Source of the DNA: an uncultured Cardiobacteriales bacterium
Lineage (GTDB): Bacteria > Pseudomonadota > Gammaproteobacteria > CAYWWW01
DNA length: 64,000 nucleotides
NCBI GenBank assembly: GCA_964462205.1
Contig: CAYWWW010000006.1
Coordinates: 52,717 to 116,716 of the forward strand
Reading direction: 5' to 3'
The translations under genes and the position numbers were made by a program. Each line of letters begins with the position of its first letter. The stretch's first letter is position 1. Below, in pieces: positions 1-10,607 of the stretch. Below the pieces are notes generated by a model. That model was given only the letters and a program-made list of their open reading frames with translations. It did not search any database and was not told where the DNA came from.

Positions 1-487
1 AAGGCGCTAAGCAGTTAGTGGTACAAGAGGCATTGGAAATCACCGTGTCGGTGGCTTTCAAAACCTGATGATTGACACCATAAACAATGGTGGCATCCAC
101 ATCTTCACCGCCTGGCGCGGAAATAATAACTTTTTTGGCACCGGCTTTCAGGTGCATGGCTGCTTTTTCTTTGCTGGTGAAAATACCCGTACATTCATGT
201 ACTACGTCAATATTTAATTCACCCCAAGGTAATTTGCTGGGGTCACGTTCGGCAAAAACACGGATTCTATCGCCATTGACCATCATGCTATCGCCTTCCA
301 CTACCACTTCGGCATTGAAACGGCCATGAACGGTGTCATAACGGGTTAAATGTGCGTTGGTATTGGCATCACATAAGTCATTGATGGCAACAATTTCCAC
401 TTCCCCTTTGCGGTGTCCTTCGTATAAGGCACGCAAAACATTGCGGCCAATACGGCCATAACCATTGATTGCGACACGAATTGCCAT
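1..487 (-). CDS. gap: Glyceraldehyde-3-phosphate dehydrogenase, N-terminal part (runs off the window edge)
   Basis: Reverse-strand translation begins [23 protein letters not shown], the classic GAPDH NAD-binding N-terminus. Start codon (CAT on + strand) at 485-487. Confidence 0.85.
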   Translation of the reverse strand, partial: MAIRVAINGYGRIGRNVLRALYEGHRKGEVEIVAINDLCDANTNAHLTRYDTVHGRFNAEVVVEGDSMMVNGDRIRVFAERDPSKLPWGELNIDVVHECTGIFTSKEKAAMHLKAGAKKVIISAPGGEDVDATIVYGVNHQVLKATDTVISNASCTTNCLAP

Positions 488-599
488 AAATTGCTCCTTT
501 TTCGTTTATTGTATTGATAGATATAAAAAAGCCGGCTACCTTGATCATTCTAAAAGCACCGGCAACTTTTAGTGAGGCGAATATTTTTAAGGCAAACTT

Positions 600-2597
600 T
601 TAGGATGCTGCCAACATTTTTTCAGCGATAGCAACGACATTTTCAACTGTAAAACCAAAGGCTTTGAATAAATCTTTGGCCGGTGCCGACTCGCCAAAAC
701 GATCCAAACCTAAAACCTGGCCATCCAAACCGACGAAACGATACCAACCAGCGGTGGCACCCGCTTCAATGGCCAAACGCTTGCTACCGACTGGCAAAAC
801 TTTTGCTTGATAATCAGCATTTTGCGCCAAAAAGCGCTCCACGCAAGGCATGGAAACGACTTGCACCGCATAGCCTTTTTCACGCAATACTGCCGCCGCT
901 TGCATGGCCAACGCCACTTCCGAACCCGTCGCCAACAGAAGCATTTGTGGTGCTTCGGCAGCACTCAAGATATAACCGCCACGCGCGATTTCGGCAACTG
1001 CCTCGGCATTATGTGGCGGTTGCGGCAAGTTTTGGCGGGTCAAGGCCAAAGCCGAAGGACCGTCCTGACGTTCAATGGCACATTGCCAAGCCACGGTGGT
1101 TTCAAGGTCATCGGCAGGTCGCCAAACTTCTAAATTGGGAATCAAGCGCAAACTGGCGGTTTGTTCAATCGGTTGATGGGTGGGACCGTCTTCGCCTAAG
1201 CCGATGGAATCGTGGGTCAACACATAGATGACGCGCTGACGCATCAACGCCGACATCCGAATGCCATTGCGAGCATAATCGCTGAAAATCAAGAAAGTGC
1301 CGCCGTAGGGAATAAAACCACCGTGCAAGGCAATGCCGTTCATAATCGCCGCCATACCAAACTCGCGCACACCGTAATGCAGATAATTACCCTGCATCTT
1401 TTCCGGCGTGATGGATTTTGAACCTTTCCAATCGGTATTATTCGAGCCGGTTAAATCGGCAGAACCGCCGAGCATTTCAGGAATAAAACTGCAAAAGCCG
1501 TTCAAGGCATATTGGGAGGATTTACGGGTGGCATTGTCAGCGGTGCGCGCCAAGGTCGCGCTCAAAAAGGCTTGGGCTTTTTCAGCATAATCAGCAGGTA
1601 ATTCGCGACGGATGACGCGACGCTCAAATTCAGCAGCCAATTCAGGATAGGCCGCTTGATAGCTTTCAAAAACTTTATTCCATTCACTTTCAAGCACTTG
1701 ACCACGGGTTTTGGCATCCCAATGCTGATAAATCGCTTCAGGGATTTCAAACGGCGGATAATGCCAAGCCAAGGCTTCACGGGTGGCGGCCACTTCGGCA
1801 GCACCTAAAGCCGCGCCGTGGACATCATGGGTGCCGGCTTTATTGGGTGAGCCTTTACCGATGATAGTGCGGCAGCAGATCAAGGTCGGCTGGTCGGTAT
1901 TGGCGCGGGCTTCGGCAATGGCAGCCTTGAGCGCTTCGGCATCGTGACCGTCCACATTGGCGATCACCTGCCAACCATAGGCGCGAAAACGGCCTGGCGT
2001 ATCGTCGCTAAACCAGCCTTCGACATGACCATCAATGGAAATACCATTGTCATCCCAAAAAGCGATCAATTTACCGAGCTTCCAGGTGCCGGCCAAAGCA
2101 CAGGTTTCATGCGAAATGCCTTCCATCAAACAACCATCGCCCAAAAAAGCATAGGTGTAATGATCCACAACGGCATGACCATCGCGGTTAAATTCAGCGG
2201 CTAATAATTTCTCGGCCAAGGCCATGCCAACGGCATTACTGATGCCTTGACCCAAGGGACCGGTGGTCGTCTCCACGCCTGGCGTGTAGCCAAACTCAGG
2301 ATGACCGGGGGTTTTGGAGTGCAACTGACGGAAATTTTTGAGTTCTTCTAGCGGTAGGTCATAACCGGTTAAATGCAGCAGGGAATAGATCAGCATGGAG
2401 CCATGGCCGTTGGACAAAACAAAGCGGTCGCGATTAGGCCAAGCCGGATTTTGCGGATTATGTTTTAAGTAATCATTCCACAATACTTCGGCAATATCGG
2501 CCATGCCCATCGGCGCACCGGGATGCCCGGATTTGGCTTTTTCCACCGCATCCATGCTTAAGGCGCGAATGGCATTGGCAAGTTCAGTACGAGTCAT
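600..2597 (-). CDS. tkt: Transketolase
   Basis: 665-aa ORF. N-terminus [40 protein letters not shown] and the GDGCLMEG thiamine-PP motif are typical of TktA. Confidence 0.95.
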   Translation of the reverse strand: MTRTELANAIRALSMDAVEKAKSGHPGAPMGMADIAEVLWNDYLKHNPQNPAWPNRDRFVLSNGHGSMLIYSLLHLTGYDLPLEELKNFRQLHSKTPGHPEFGYTPGVETTTGPLGQGISNAVGMALAEKLLAAEFNRDGHAVVDHYTYAFLGDGCLMEGISHETCALAGTWKLGKLIAFWDDNGISIDGHVEGWFSDDTPGRFRAYGWQVIANVDGHDAEALKAAIAEARANTDQPTLICCRTIIGKGSPNKAGTHDVHGAALGAAEVAATREALAWHYPPFEIPEAIYQHWDAKTRGQVLESEWNKVFESYQAAYPELAAEFERRVIRRELPADYAEKAQAFLSATLARTADNATRKSSQYALNGFCSFIPEMLGGSADLTGSNNTDWKGSKSITPEKMQGNYLHYGVREFGMAAIMNGIALHGGFIPYGGTFLIFSDYARNGIRMSALMRQRVIYVLTHDSIGLGEDGPTHQPIEQTASLRLIPNLEVWRPADDLETTVAWQCAIERQDGPSALALTRQNLPQPPHNAEAVAEIARGGYILSAAEAPQMLLLATGSEVALAMQAAAVLREKGYAVQVVSMPCVERFLAQNADYQAKVLPVGSKRLAIEAGATAGWYRFVGLDGQVLGLDRFGESAPAKDLFKAFGFTVENVVAIAEKMLAAS

Positions 2598-2858
2598 AAG
2601 AAAACTCCTTAAAATTTCTTTTTAACTACATGATTTTATTGGATTTTTTGCGACGCATCGCAAAATAAATCGCTGTATTGTGAAGCAATTGCCCAAGGTG
2701 AGCAAGTGCTTGGGTGAGTTCCTTTGACCTTCGGCAAATTTTGCTAATCAGAAAAAGTTTGCGTATGCTTAGCAAAGATTTTTCATAAAACAATTCAAGG
2801 ACGCTTGAATTTTTCTTCATTGAATCAATTTCTTAAAAATAACCCCCAAGGAGAAATC

Positions 2859-4010
2859 ATGTCCAATCGCTATCTATTTACCTCTGAATCCGTATCAGAA
2901 GGTCATCCCGATAAAATGTGTGATCAGATTTCCGATGCCGTGCTTGACGCGATTTTGGCGCAGGATGCCAATGCCCGCGTGGCCTGCGAAAGTTTAACCA
3001 AAACCGGCCTGGTGCTTTTGGCCGGTGAAATCACCACTTCGGCGATGGTGGACTATGAAAAACTCGCTCGCCAAGTGGTGCGTGACATCGGTTATACCGA
3101 CTCAGGCATGGGTTTCGATGCCGAAACTTGCGCGGTGTTAACGGCTATCGGCAAACAATCGGCGCATATCGCGCAAGGCGTGGATCGCGAAGACCGCAAG
3201 GCCCAAGGTGCCGGCGACCAGGGCTTAATGTTTGGTTTTGCTTGCAAAGAAACCCAAAATCTGATGCCAGCGCCCATTCAATACGCGCATCGCTTGATGG
3301 AAAAGCAGGCGGAAGTGCGCAAAAACGGCCAATTGCCTTGGCTGCGTCCCGATGCCAAAAGTCAAGTGACCTTTATTTATGAAAGTCATACACCGATAGC
3401 TATTGATACCGTTGTACTTTCTACCCAGCACGCGCCAAGCGTCAGCAATAGCATGATTGAGGAAGCAGTGCGCGAAGAAATCATCAAAGCGGTTTTACCT
3501 GCCGAATGGTTAAGCGAAAAAACCCGCTATTTGATCAATCCCACTGGTCGTTTTGAAATCGGCGGTCCTTTGGGGGATTGCGGTTTAACCGGTCGGAAAA
3601 TCATCGTGGACACTTACGGCGGCATGTCGCGGCATGGTGGCGGTGCCTTTTCTGGCAAAGACCCCTCGAAAGTGGATCGCTCTGCCGCTTATGCAGCACG
3701 ATATGTCGCCAAAAACATCGTGGCCGCCGGATTGGCCGAGCGTTGCGAAGTGCAGATTTCCTATGCGATTGGTGTTGCCGAGCCGACCTCGGTTTTGGTT
3801 GAAACCTTTGGCACAGCGCAAGTTCCAGAAGAAAAAATCAGCCAAGCGGTGCGCGATGTCTTTGATTTACGTCCTTATGGCATCGTTGAGATGCTCAATC
3901 TGTTGCGTCCCATTTACCGCGAAACCGCGAGCTACGGCCATTTTGGCCGCGACCATTTCCCCTGGGAACACACCGACCGTGTGGCCGCGTTACAAAAAGC
4001 CGTGGGCTAA
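2859..4010 (+). CDS. metK: S-adenosylmethionine synthetase
   Basis: [31 protein letters not shown] is a near-canonical MetK N-terminus. AAGGAGA ribosome-binding site sits just upstream of the ATG at 2859. The upstream in-frame extension to 2805 is rejected. Confidence 0.95.
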   Translation: MSNRYLFTSESVSEGHPDKMCDQISDAVLDAILAQDANARVACESLTKTGLVLLAGEITTSAMVDYEKLARQVVRDIGYTDSGMGFDAETCAVLTAIGKQSAHIAQGVDREDRKAQGAGDQGLMFGFACKETQNLMPAPIQYAHRLMEKQAEVRKNGQLPWLRPDAKSQVTFIYESHTPIAIDTVVLSTQHAPSVSNSMIEEAVREEIIKAVLPAEWLSEKTRYLINPTGRFEIGGPLGDCGLTGRKIIVDTYGGMSRHGGGAFSGKDPSKVDRSAAYAARYVAKNIVAAGLAERCEVQISYAIGVAEPTSVLVETFGTAQVPEEKISQAVRDVFDLRPYGIVEMLNLLRPIYRETASYGHFGRDHFPWEHTDRVAALQKAVG

Positions 4011-4203
4011 ATTGTTCATTATTGATAGTTCAGATTGATAGTTCAGCGTTTTTTTGCTGGCGTTCATTATTTTAGCTGTCATGCCAATTTTCAGCGGTCT
4101 GACCACGTTATTTTTGCTCATCAAACCATTTTCACAGGCAAGCGCATTTTTCACAAAAATGCAACTATAAGAAACTGATTTCGCTAAACTTCTGTTTAGC
4201 TGT

Positions 4204-4295
4204 CAAGGCGTGCTGCAACCGTGTTTTTTGAACATGGTCAGGCTTGACTCCGAACCTTTAACGGCACGCAACCTGCAAAAACGCAGGCTTTTCTT
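4204..4295 (+). promoter_or_regulatory. Putative SAH (S-adenosylhomocysteine) riboswitch in the ahcY leader, followed by a hairpin plus U-run
   Basis: GGCGUGCUGCAACC ... GGUCAGGCUUG ... AACGGCACGC closely match the conserved SAH-riboswitch blocks (GAGCGCUGCAACC / UCAGGCUCG / AACGGCGCUC). The 5' GCGUGC and 3' GCACGC segments can pair as P1. It lies immediately upstream of ahcY. Confidence 0.65.
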
Positions 4296-4313
4296 CTCTC
4301 TCCTGGAGTATTC

Positions 4314-5741
4314 ATGAATGCTGTTTTAAAAGCTACTGAAAAATTTAACGATTACCTCGTCACTGATCTTGCTCTCGCCGATTGGGGACGCAAGGAAATC
4401 GCCATTGCCGAAACCGAAATGCCCGGCCTTATGGCCGTCCGCGACAAGTACCGTGCCGACCAACCGCTCAAAGGTGCCAAAGTCGTTGGTTGTTTACATA
4501 TGACCATTCAAACCGCGGTACTGATTGAAAGTTTAGTGGATTTGGGTGCCGAAGTACGCTGGGCTTCTTGCAATATTTACTCCACGCAAGATCACGCTGC
4601 CGCCGCTATCGCCGCGCAAGGCATTCCGGTGTTTGCCAAAAAAGGCGAAACCCTCGACGAATACTGGGACTATGTGCATAAAATTTTTGAATGGCCGAAT
4701 GGCGAACTGCCGAATATGATTTTAGATGACGGCGGCGATGCGACGTTATTGATTAAATTGGGTTCTGCTGCCGAAAAAAATCCTGAAGTGTTGGCCAATC
4801 CGCAGGGTGAAGAAGAAATCGCTTTATTTAAGGCGATCAAAGCCAAATTAGCGGTTGACCGGCAATTTTATGCGCGCATTCAACCGGCGATCAAAGGCAT
4901 CACCGAAGAAACCACCACCGGCGTACAAAGGCTTTATCAATATGCACAAAAAGGTGAGTTGACCTGTCCGGCTATCAATGTCAATGATTCAGTTACTAAA
5001 TCCAAATTCGATAACCTTTATGGTTGCCGCGAGTCTTTGGTGGACGGCATTAAACGCGCCACCGATGTCATGGTTGCGGGCAAAATCGCCATCGTCTGCG
5101 GCTATGGCGATGTTGGCAAAGGCAGCGCTCAATCCTTACGCGCCTTGAGCGCCACGGTGTGGGTGACGGAAATTGATCCGATTTGCGCTTTACAAGCAGC
5201 GATGGAAGGCTATCGCGTGGTGAATTTAGATGACCCCGGCGTGATCGAGGCCGCCGATATTTTGGTGACGGCCACCGGCAATTATCATGTAATTACCCAT
5301 GATCATCTCAAACGCACCAAAAATCAGGCTATCGTTTGTAACATCGGCCACTTCGACAATGAAATTGATGTCGCAAGCCTCAAACAATACCCTTGGGAAA
5401 ATATCAAGCCGCAGGTGGATCATATAATTTTTCCTGATGGCAAGCGTTTGATTTTATTAGCAGAAGGCCGATTAGTCAATTTAGGTTGCGGCACTGGACA
5501 TCCAAGTTTTGTGATGTCCAATTCCTTTACCAATCAAGTTTTGGCGCAAATTGAATTATGGCAAAACACTGCGAACTATCAAAATCAAGTCTATGTTTTA
5601 CCAAAGAAACTTGATGAAGAAGTGGCACGTCTGCACCTTCACCGCGTTGGTGCGCGTTTAACCACCTTACGTGACGATCAAGCCAAGTATCTCAATGTCG
5701 AAGTGACCGGTCCTTACAAAGCTGATCACTACCGCTATTAA
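4314..5741 (+). CDS. ahcY: Adenosylhomocysteinase
   Basis: 475 aa with the NAD-binding motif [13 protein letters not shown] and a typical SahH N-terminus. Confidence 0.95.
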   Translation: MNAVLKATEKFNDYLVTDLALADWGRKEIAIAETEMPGLMAVRDKYRADQPLKGAKVVGCLHMTIQTAVLIESLVDLGAEVRWASCNIYSTQDHAAAAIAAQGIPVFAKKGETLDEYWDYVHKIFEWPNGELPNMILDDGGDATLLIKLGSAAEKNPEVLANPQGEEEIALFKAIKAKLAVDRQFYARIQPAIKGITEETTTGVQRLYQYAQKGELTCPAINVNDSVTKSKFDNLYGCRESLVDGIKRATDVMVAGKIAIVCGYGDVGKGSAQSLRALSATVWVTEIDPICALQAAMEGYRVVNLDDPGVIEAADILVTATGNYHVITHDHLKRTKNQAIVCNIGHFDNEIDVASLKQYPWENIKPQVDHIIFPDGKRLILLAEGRLVNLGCGTGHPSFVMSNSFTNQVLAQIELWQNTANYQNQVYVLPKKLDEEVARLHLHRVGARLTTLRDDQAKYLNVEVTGPYKADHYRY

Positions 5742-5838
5742 GCGTCTTGATGATTTATCAAGGCTTTCCTTTCCTCTCAATTTTTTTACCTGCCGGTTGA
5801 AGCCTCAACCGGTACGGTTTTCTTTTGGAAAATTCGCT

Positions 5839-6675
5839 ATGAATCGCTCCTTTAGCTTAGAATTTTTTCCACCACGCAATGCTGAAGCCGCTGAAAAACT
5901 TCAAAAAAGTTTAAGCGATCTCTTAACTTTGCAACCGGCCTATTGCTCGGTGACCTTTGGTGCTGGCGGCAGCACCCAAGAAGGCACCTTAGAAACGGTC
6001 AAAGACCTACAAGGCAGAGGCATAACTGTTGCGCCACATCTCTCTTGTGTCAGCAGCAGCAAAAAGGAAATCAAAGCCTTGGTGGAAAATTACCTGCACT
6101 TAGGCATTCGTCGTTTGGTGGCCTTGCGCGGGGATTTACCTTCCGGCAGCTACGGCCACGGCGAATTACGTTATGCCAATGAATTGGTGAGTTTTTTACG
6201 TCAGGAATTTGGCGATGTTTTGCATTTAGAAGTCGGCGCTTACCCGGAAATGCATCCGCAAGCCAAAAGTTTCGCGCATGATCTGGCCAATTTTGTCCGC
6301 AAGGCCAAAGCCGGTGCCAATGCCGCCATCACCCAATATTTTTTTAATGCGGCAGCCTATTTTGATTTTGTCGAACGTGTGCAAAAACAAGGCGTTGACA
6401 TACCGATTTATCCCGGCATCATGCCAATCACCAATGCCACGCAACTATTGCGTTTTTCCGAAGCCTGTGGTGCTGAAATTCCCCGCTGGATTCGTAAGCA
6501 TCTCGATGCCTATGCCGATGATAAAGCGGCACTTTTGGCCTTTGGTGAAAGCGTGGTGACGCGATTATGTGAAGATTTGCTGGCCGGCGGCGCACCAGGT
6601 TTACATTTTTATACCTTAAACCAAAGTGCGCCGGTATTGGCCTTATGGCGGAATTTAGGGTTGGATAAGCACTAA
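5839..6675 (+). CDS. metF: 5,10-methylenetetrahydrofolate reductase
   Basis: MNRSFSLEFFPPRN matches the MetF N-terminal FEFFPPRT motif. The upstream extension to 5797 would overlap a terminator-like hairpin (5783-5812), so ATG 5839 is preferred. Confidence 0.9.
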   Translation: MNRSFSLEFFPPRNAEAAEKLQKSLSDLLTLQPAYCSVTFGAGGSTQEGTLETVKDLQGRGITVAPHLSCVSSSKKEIKALVENYLHLGIRRLVALRGDLPSGSYGHGELRYANELVSFLRQEFGDVLHLEVGAYPEMHPQAKSFAHDLANFVRKAKAGANAAITQYFFNAAAYFDFVERVQKQGVDIPIYPGIMPITNATQLLRFSEACGAEIPRWIRKHLDAYADDKAALLAFGESVVTRLCEDLLAGGAPGLHFYTLNQSAPVLALWRNLGLDKH

Positions 6676-6878
6676 AGCCTTAACTTATTTTTTTTAAAAT
6701 CAATTTTTTATAAAATTTTTCAGCATTATTATTCCGGCGAAAAGTCAACTGCTAACGCCGGAAGATATAGCTGATTCGATATGGAACCAAACAGATTAAA
6801 GTTTTTATTTTATTGTTTATAAAAGCAAAAATTCTTAAAAATGTTCAGTTTTAGATCGATTTAGCTATAAATCAAAAA

Positions 6879-8345
6879 TCAATTTTCAGGACAAGCCAAA
6901 TTGATCAAGGCGGCGTTTTGCGCGCTACGCAGACGCTCGATCATTTTTTCCCGCGCCAAGTCCGTGTCAATGCTGATAATTGTCCGTGGTGCGCGACCAA
7001 TACCCGCATCGGCAAAAGTGGTTTTACCAACGGTGGGATCAAAAGTAATCGGGTCATACGGTGTCGCACTTTGCGCTAAACCTGGATTTAATTGATCAAC
7101 GGCAACAAACTGATTTTCTTGATTTTCAATGACACTCGGCTCTAAAAGCACCAAAGCGGCGATAATATCCCAGAGACGAATGACAGCATCCAAGGCAAAA
7201 TCGCCGCCTTGATCGCCACCTTCAAATTCCCGAATAGATTTCAATAATTCCGCCGTATAACAGGCCTCTGGCGTGGCACCAGCGGCCGCCAAAGCCTCTA
7301 TCGTCGCCAATTGCACCTTGGCATCGTCGGTGGCATTGGTTGGCACCAGCGTGGTGGGAATCAGTTTCAGCGCTAAATCTCCCAAGGCTTGTTGCGCCGC
7401 TGCTGGGTCTAAAAAGATATTAAATTCCTGATGGGTGCTGAAATCACTGTCACAATTAAAGCTCGGATGCGAGAAAATATTTCCGCCTAAATTCAAAGTT
7501 TTATCGCCAAAACATGCAGCTTGACGATCCGCCGTAAAAGGCGGCAAGCCTTGAAAACCACCACCCATGATCAGCACTTGTTCGATTTTTTGCACTTGAT
7601 CGTCTGGCAATTTGGCTAAGAAACGCGCCAAAGTCGTCAGTTTGCCGGTGTTGATAATGGTCACCGCTTGGCTTTCTTTGGCCAATTGTTCGAGCATTAT
7701 TTCCTCAGCTAAAACAAAGTTAAATGAGGAACCATTATTGGCACGATAATGATAATTTGCTTGACTAGCACGCGGAATCAGATGATCAGTGTTATATAAG
7801 GTGCTGCCATTGTCCCGCCACGGTCCGGGTACAAACTGTCCATACAAGTTCACGCCCATGACATTGCGCCGTTCCAAGTTCCACTCACCGGTATTAAAGT
7901 CTTGGGAATTCGGCAATTGATAGTCTTTTTTTCCTGGCAGGCTTTGATTATCTTCCACATCACTGCCGCTTAATTCGCCATTGGCACCCAAGGCGATTTC
8001 TTCTTGGGCAAAATAAGCACCACGAATAATTGCTACATCCCGATTCCCCAGCCATTCCAGAATGTTATAAGCATTATTTGCACTGGAAGCAACGGCATTA
8101 AAAGAGTCTTCCACAACCAAAAGTTTAATCTGATAATTGACATCTTTGGCCAAGAGCATCAAGGCAATCGCATCATCAAAATTATTAAAATCTCCTATCC
8201 AAATTAAAGGTTTAGCATTAGCAGCTTTTTCGGCGACCAAAGGCGTTGGCGTACTTTCTGCTTGATCATTGTCATCATCACAAGCAACCAAAATAAACAA
8301 AGCCGAAATGAACACCAGCAACAGCATAAAATAAAATTTTTTCAT
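6879..8345 (-). CDS. Lipoprotein with a nucleoside hydrolase-like (IU-nuc-hydrolase fold) domain
   Basis: Signal peptide with an LVAC lipobox. IWIGDFNNFDDAIALMLLA resembles the nucleoside hydrolase DxDxxxDDAxAL N-terminal motif but is partly degenerate (N in place of D). At 488 aa it is longer than classic IunH. Confidence 0.45.
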   Translation of the reverse strand: MKKFYFMLLLVFISALFILVACDDDNDQAESTPTPLVAEKAANAKPLIWIGDFNNFDDAIALMLLAKDVNYQIKLLVVEDSFNAVASSANNAYNILEWLGNRDVAIIRGAYFAQEEIALGANGELSGSDVEDNQSLPGKKDYQLPNSQDFNTGEWNLERRNVMGVNLYGQFVPGPWRDNGSTLYNTDHLIPRASQANYHYRANNGSSFNFVLAEEIMLEQLAKESQAVTIINTGKLTTLARFLAKLPDDQVQKIEQVLIMGGGFQGLPPFTADRQAACFGDKTLNLGGNIFSHPSFNCDSDFSTHQEFNIFLDPAAAQQALGDLALKLIPTTLVPTNATDDAKVQLATIEALAAAGATPEACYTAELLKSIREFEGGDQGGDFALDAVIRLWDIIAALVLLEPSVIENQENQFVAVDQLNPGLAQSATPYDPITFDPTVGKTTFADAGIGRAPRTIISIDTDLAREKMIERLRSAQNAALINLACPEN

Positions 8346-8503
8346 CTTTTTTCCTTAAAATTACCTCAATTATTAAACGTTCAACCAGCGACGGACACCA
8401 GGAACGGCGAAAATACTAACAAAAGGCCATTACCAAGATATGACAAAGTAGGAAATTTTATTTATGGTAAGGCAGTGGTTGATCGTTAAAGTGGTAAAAA
8501 TTT

Positions 8504-9844
8504 ATGCAAAAAACCTGGCAAGAACTTGATTTACAACATCTTTGGCATCCCTGCACCCAGATGCAAGACCATGAATGGCTGCCCTTACTTTCGATAGTTT
8601 CCGGCCAAGGGGTGTGGCTCTATGACGATAAAAATAAACGCTATCTTGATGCCATCAGCTCTTGGTGGGTCAACCTTTTTGGCCATTGTCACCCGTATAT
8701 TTCGCAAAAAATTTACGAACAACTGCAAACCCTAGAACACGTTATTTTGGCTGGTTGCAGTCACCAACCGGCGGTGGATTTGGCGGCACGCTTAGCGGCA
8801 AAAAGCGGCTTACCACGCTTATTTTTTGCCGATAATGGCTCGTCAGCGGTGGAAGCGGCCTTAAAAATGAGCTTTCATTATTGGCGGAATTTAGGCCAAG
8901 AACGAAAATTTTTCGTCGCTTTATCGAATAGTTATCATGGAGAAACCCTGGGTGCCTTGGCTGTCGGCGATGTTGGTTTATATCGTGATCTGTATCAACC
9001 TTTATTACTTGAACGCTTAATTGTGCCTTCCCCCGATTATTACCAAGGCGAAACGGGCGAAAGCGCTCAATCGGTGGCAGAACGGCAATTTAAAATATTG
9101 GAAAATCTTATAAAACAACGACATCACGAGATTGCCGCGGTGATCGTTGAACCTTTGGTACAATGCGCAGGTGGGATGCGGATGTATGACCCGCATTATC
9201 TAAACTTATTAGACCAGGCCTGCAAAAAATACCAAGTTCATTGGATTGCCGATGAAATCGCCGTCGGTTTTGGTCGAACCGGCAGTTTTTTTGCCTATCA
9301 ACAAGCCGCGGCGGTGCAACCAGATTTTCTTTGCTTAGGAAAAGGCTTAACTGGTGGTTTTTTACCCTTGGCGGTAGTCTTAACCAAAGAGCTTATTTAT
9401 CAAGCCTTTTATGATCGTTATGAGACCTTAAAAGCCTTTTTACATTCACATAGTTATGCCGGTAATCCTTTGGCCTGCGCGGCAGCCAATGCGACTTTAG
9501 ACCTTTTTGAAACTGAAGCAGTTTTGGAAAACAATCAAAAACTGAGCCAACAAATGTGGCAAAGCATCGCGCATTTGCAGGCGCATCCGAATGTCGGCGA
9601 TATTCGGCAAACCGGCATGATTTTAGCCATTGAGATGGTCAAAGATAAGGCCAATAAAACGCCATTTCCCTGGCAGGAGCGGCGCGGCTTGCGGGTCTAT
9701 CGTTATGGTTTGGAACGGGAAATGCTCTTGCGACCTTTAGGCAATGTCAGCTATTGGCTACCACCTTACGTCATCACCCCGGAAGAAATCACACAATTGG
9801 CCGAAGTAACCGCAGCCGGAATTATCAAAGCCGTGGAGGAGTAA
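8504..9844 (+). CDS. bioA: Adenosylmethionine-8-amino-7-oxononanoate aminotransferase
   Basis: 446 aa class-III aminotransferase. The N-terminus (HLWHP..., YDDKNKRYLDAISSWWVNLFGH) is typical of BioA. Confidence 0.85.
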   Translation: MQKTWQELDLQHLWHPCTQMQDHEWLPLLSIVSGQGVWLYDDKNKRYLDAISSWWVNLFGHCHPYISQKIYEQLQTLEHVILAGCSHQPAVDLAARLAAKSGLPRLFFADNGSSAVEAALKMSFHYWRNLGQERKFFVALSNSYHGETLGALAVGDVGLYRDLYQPLLLERLIVPSPDYYQGETGESAQSVAERQFKILENLIKQRHHEIAAVIVEPLVQCAGGMRMYDPHYLNLLDQACKKYQVHWIADEIAVGFGRTGSFFAYQQAAAVQPDFLCLGKGLTGGFLPLAVVLTKELIYQAFYDRYETLKAFLHSHSYAGNPLACAAANATLDLFETEAVLENNQKLSQQMWQSIAHLQAHPNVGDIRQTGMILAIEMVKDKANKTPFPWQERRGLRVYRYGLEREMLLRPLGNVSYWLPPYVITPEEITQLAEVTAAGIIKAVEE

Positions 9845-10578
9845 TGCGCGATAACCGACTTTTTTTGCCAGAAGATTTAATCATCGGCAAAGCTTGCTTA
9901 CTCAAAAGCGAACAAAGTCATTATCTTGTTAATGTACTGCGCTTAAAAAATAATGATCGTTTGCAGATTTTTAATAATCAAGGCGGGGAATACACTGCTT
10001 TACTACAGAATCAAGGAAAACAATGGCTAGTTATTCCAGAAACTTTTTTTGCTGACAACAACCTGCCAGCACGCAAAGTGCAGTTGATTGTCTGTTTATT
10101 GAAAGGTGAAAAACTGGAATGGCTGCTACAAAAAGTCACGGAACTTGGCGTGTATCGCATTATTTTTGTAGCTTGTCAGCGCAGCGTTTTACGCCTTAAA
10201 GCACATGATTTACCAAAGAAATTTGAGCATTGGCAAAAAATTTTGATTGCCGCCTGCGAACAAAGTGGCCGCAATCGCCTGCCTTTCCTGGATTATGCGG
10301 AAAATTTTGCAGGCGCTTTGGCAATTGCCAATCATGATCAGTTGCAAAATCAACACCTTTGGACTTCTCCGACTGGCGAAAACAGTTTACTGACCTTCTG
10401 TAGGCAGGCGGATGCCGATAGCCACACGCTAAGCCTCTGGGTTGGCGCGGAAGGCGGCTTTGCTGACGAGGAAACCGTTTTTTTACAACAACATAGCCAC
10501 GCCGTGCGCTTAACCCCGACCATTTTACGCGCCGAGACTGCCGCCATCAGCGCCGTGGCTTTGGCGGTGGTCTATTAG
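9844..10578 (+). CDS. rsmE: 16S rRNA (uracil1498-N3)-methyltransferase
   Basis: MRDNRLFLPEDLIIGKACLLKSEQSHYLVNVLRLKNNDRLQIFNNQGGEY is typical of RsmE. ATG overlaps the bioA stop by 1 nt. The ORF-track extension to 9754 is rejected. Confidence 0.8.
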   Translation: MRDNRLFLPEDLIIGKACLLKSEQSHYLVNVLRLKNNDRLQIFNNQGGEYTALLQNQGKQWLVIPETFFADNNLPARKVQLIVCLLKGEKLEWLLQKVTELGVYRIIFVACQRSVLRLKAHDLPKKFEHWQKILIAACEQSGRNRLPFLDYAENFAGALAIANHDQLQNQHLWTSPTGENSLLTFCRQADADSHTLSLWVGAEGGFADEETVFLQQHSHAVRLTPTILRAETAAISAVALAVVY

Positions 10579-10607
10579 TTAGGTGTCAGTTAGGTGTCAA
10601 TTACTTG

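Noticed and set aside
683-2204. Multiple 60-180-aa ORFs inside tkt on both strands
   Set aside because: They are embedded in a well-supported 665-aa transketolase gene. Arg/His-rich translations are typical of out-of-frame GC-rich coding DNA.
2626-2820. 64-aa ORF on the - strand in the metK leader
   Set aside because: Lys/Arg-rich low-complexity translation with no ribosome-binding site. The region is better explained as a regulatory leader.
9754-9843. Upstream extension of rsmE (start at 9754) overlapping bioA
   Set aside because: The extension lies inside the bioA coding region in another frame. The ATG at 9844 gives the canonical RsmE N-terminus and a stop/start overlap.
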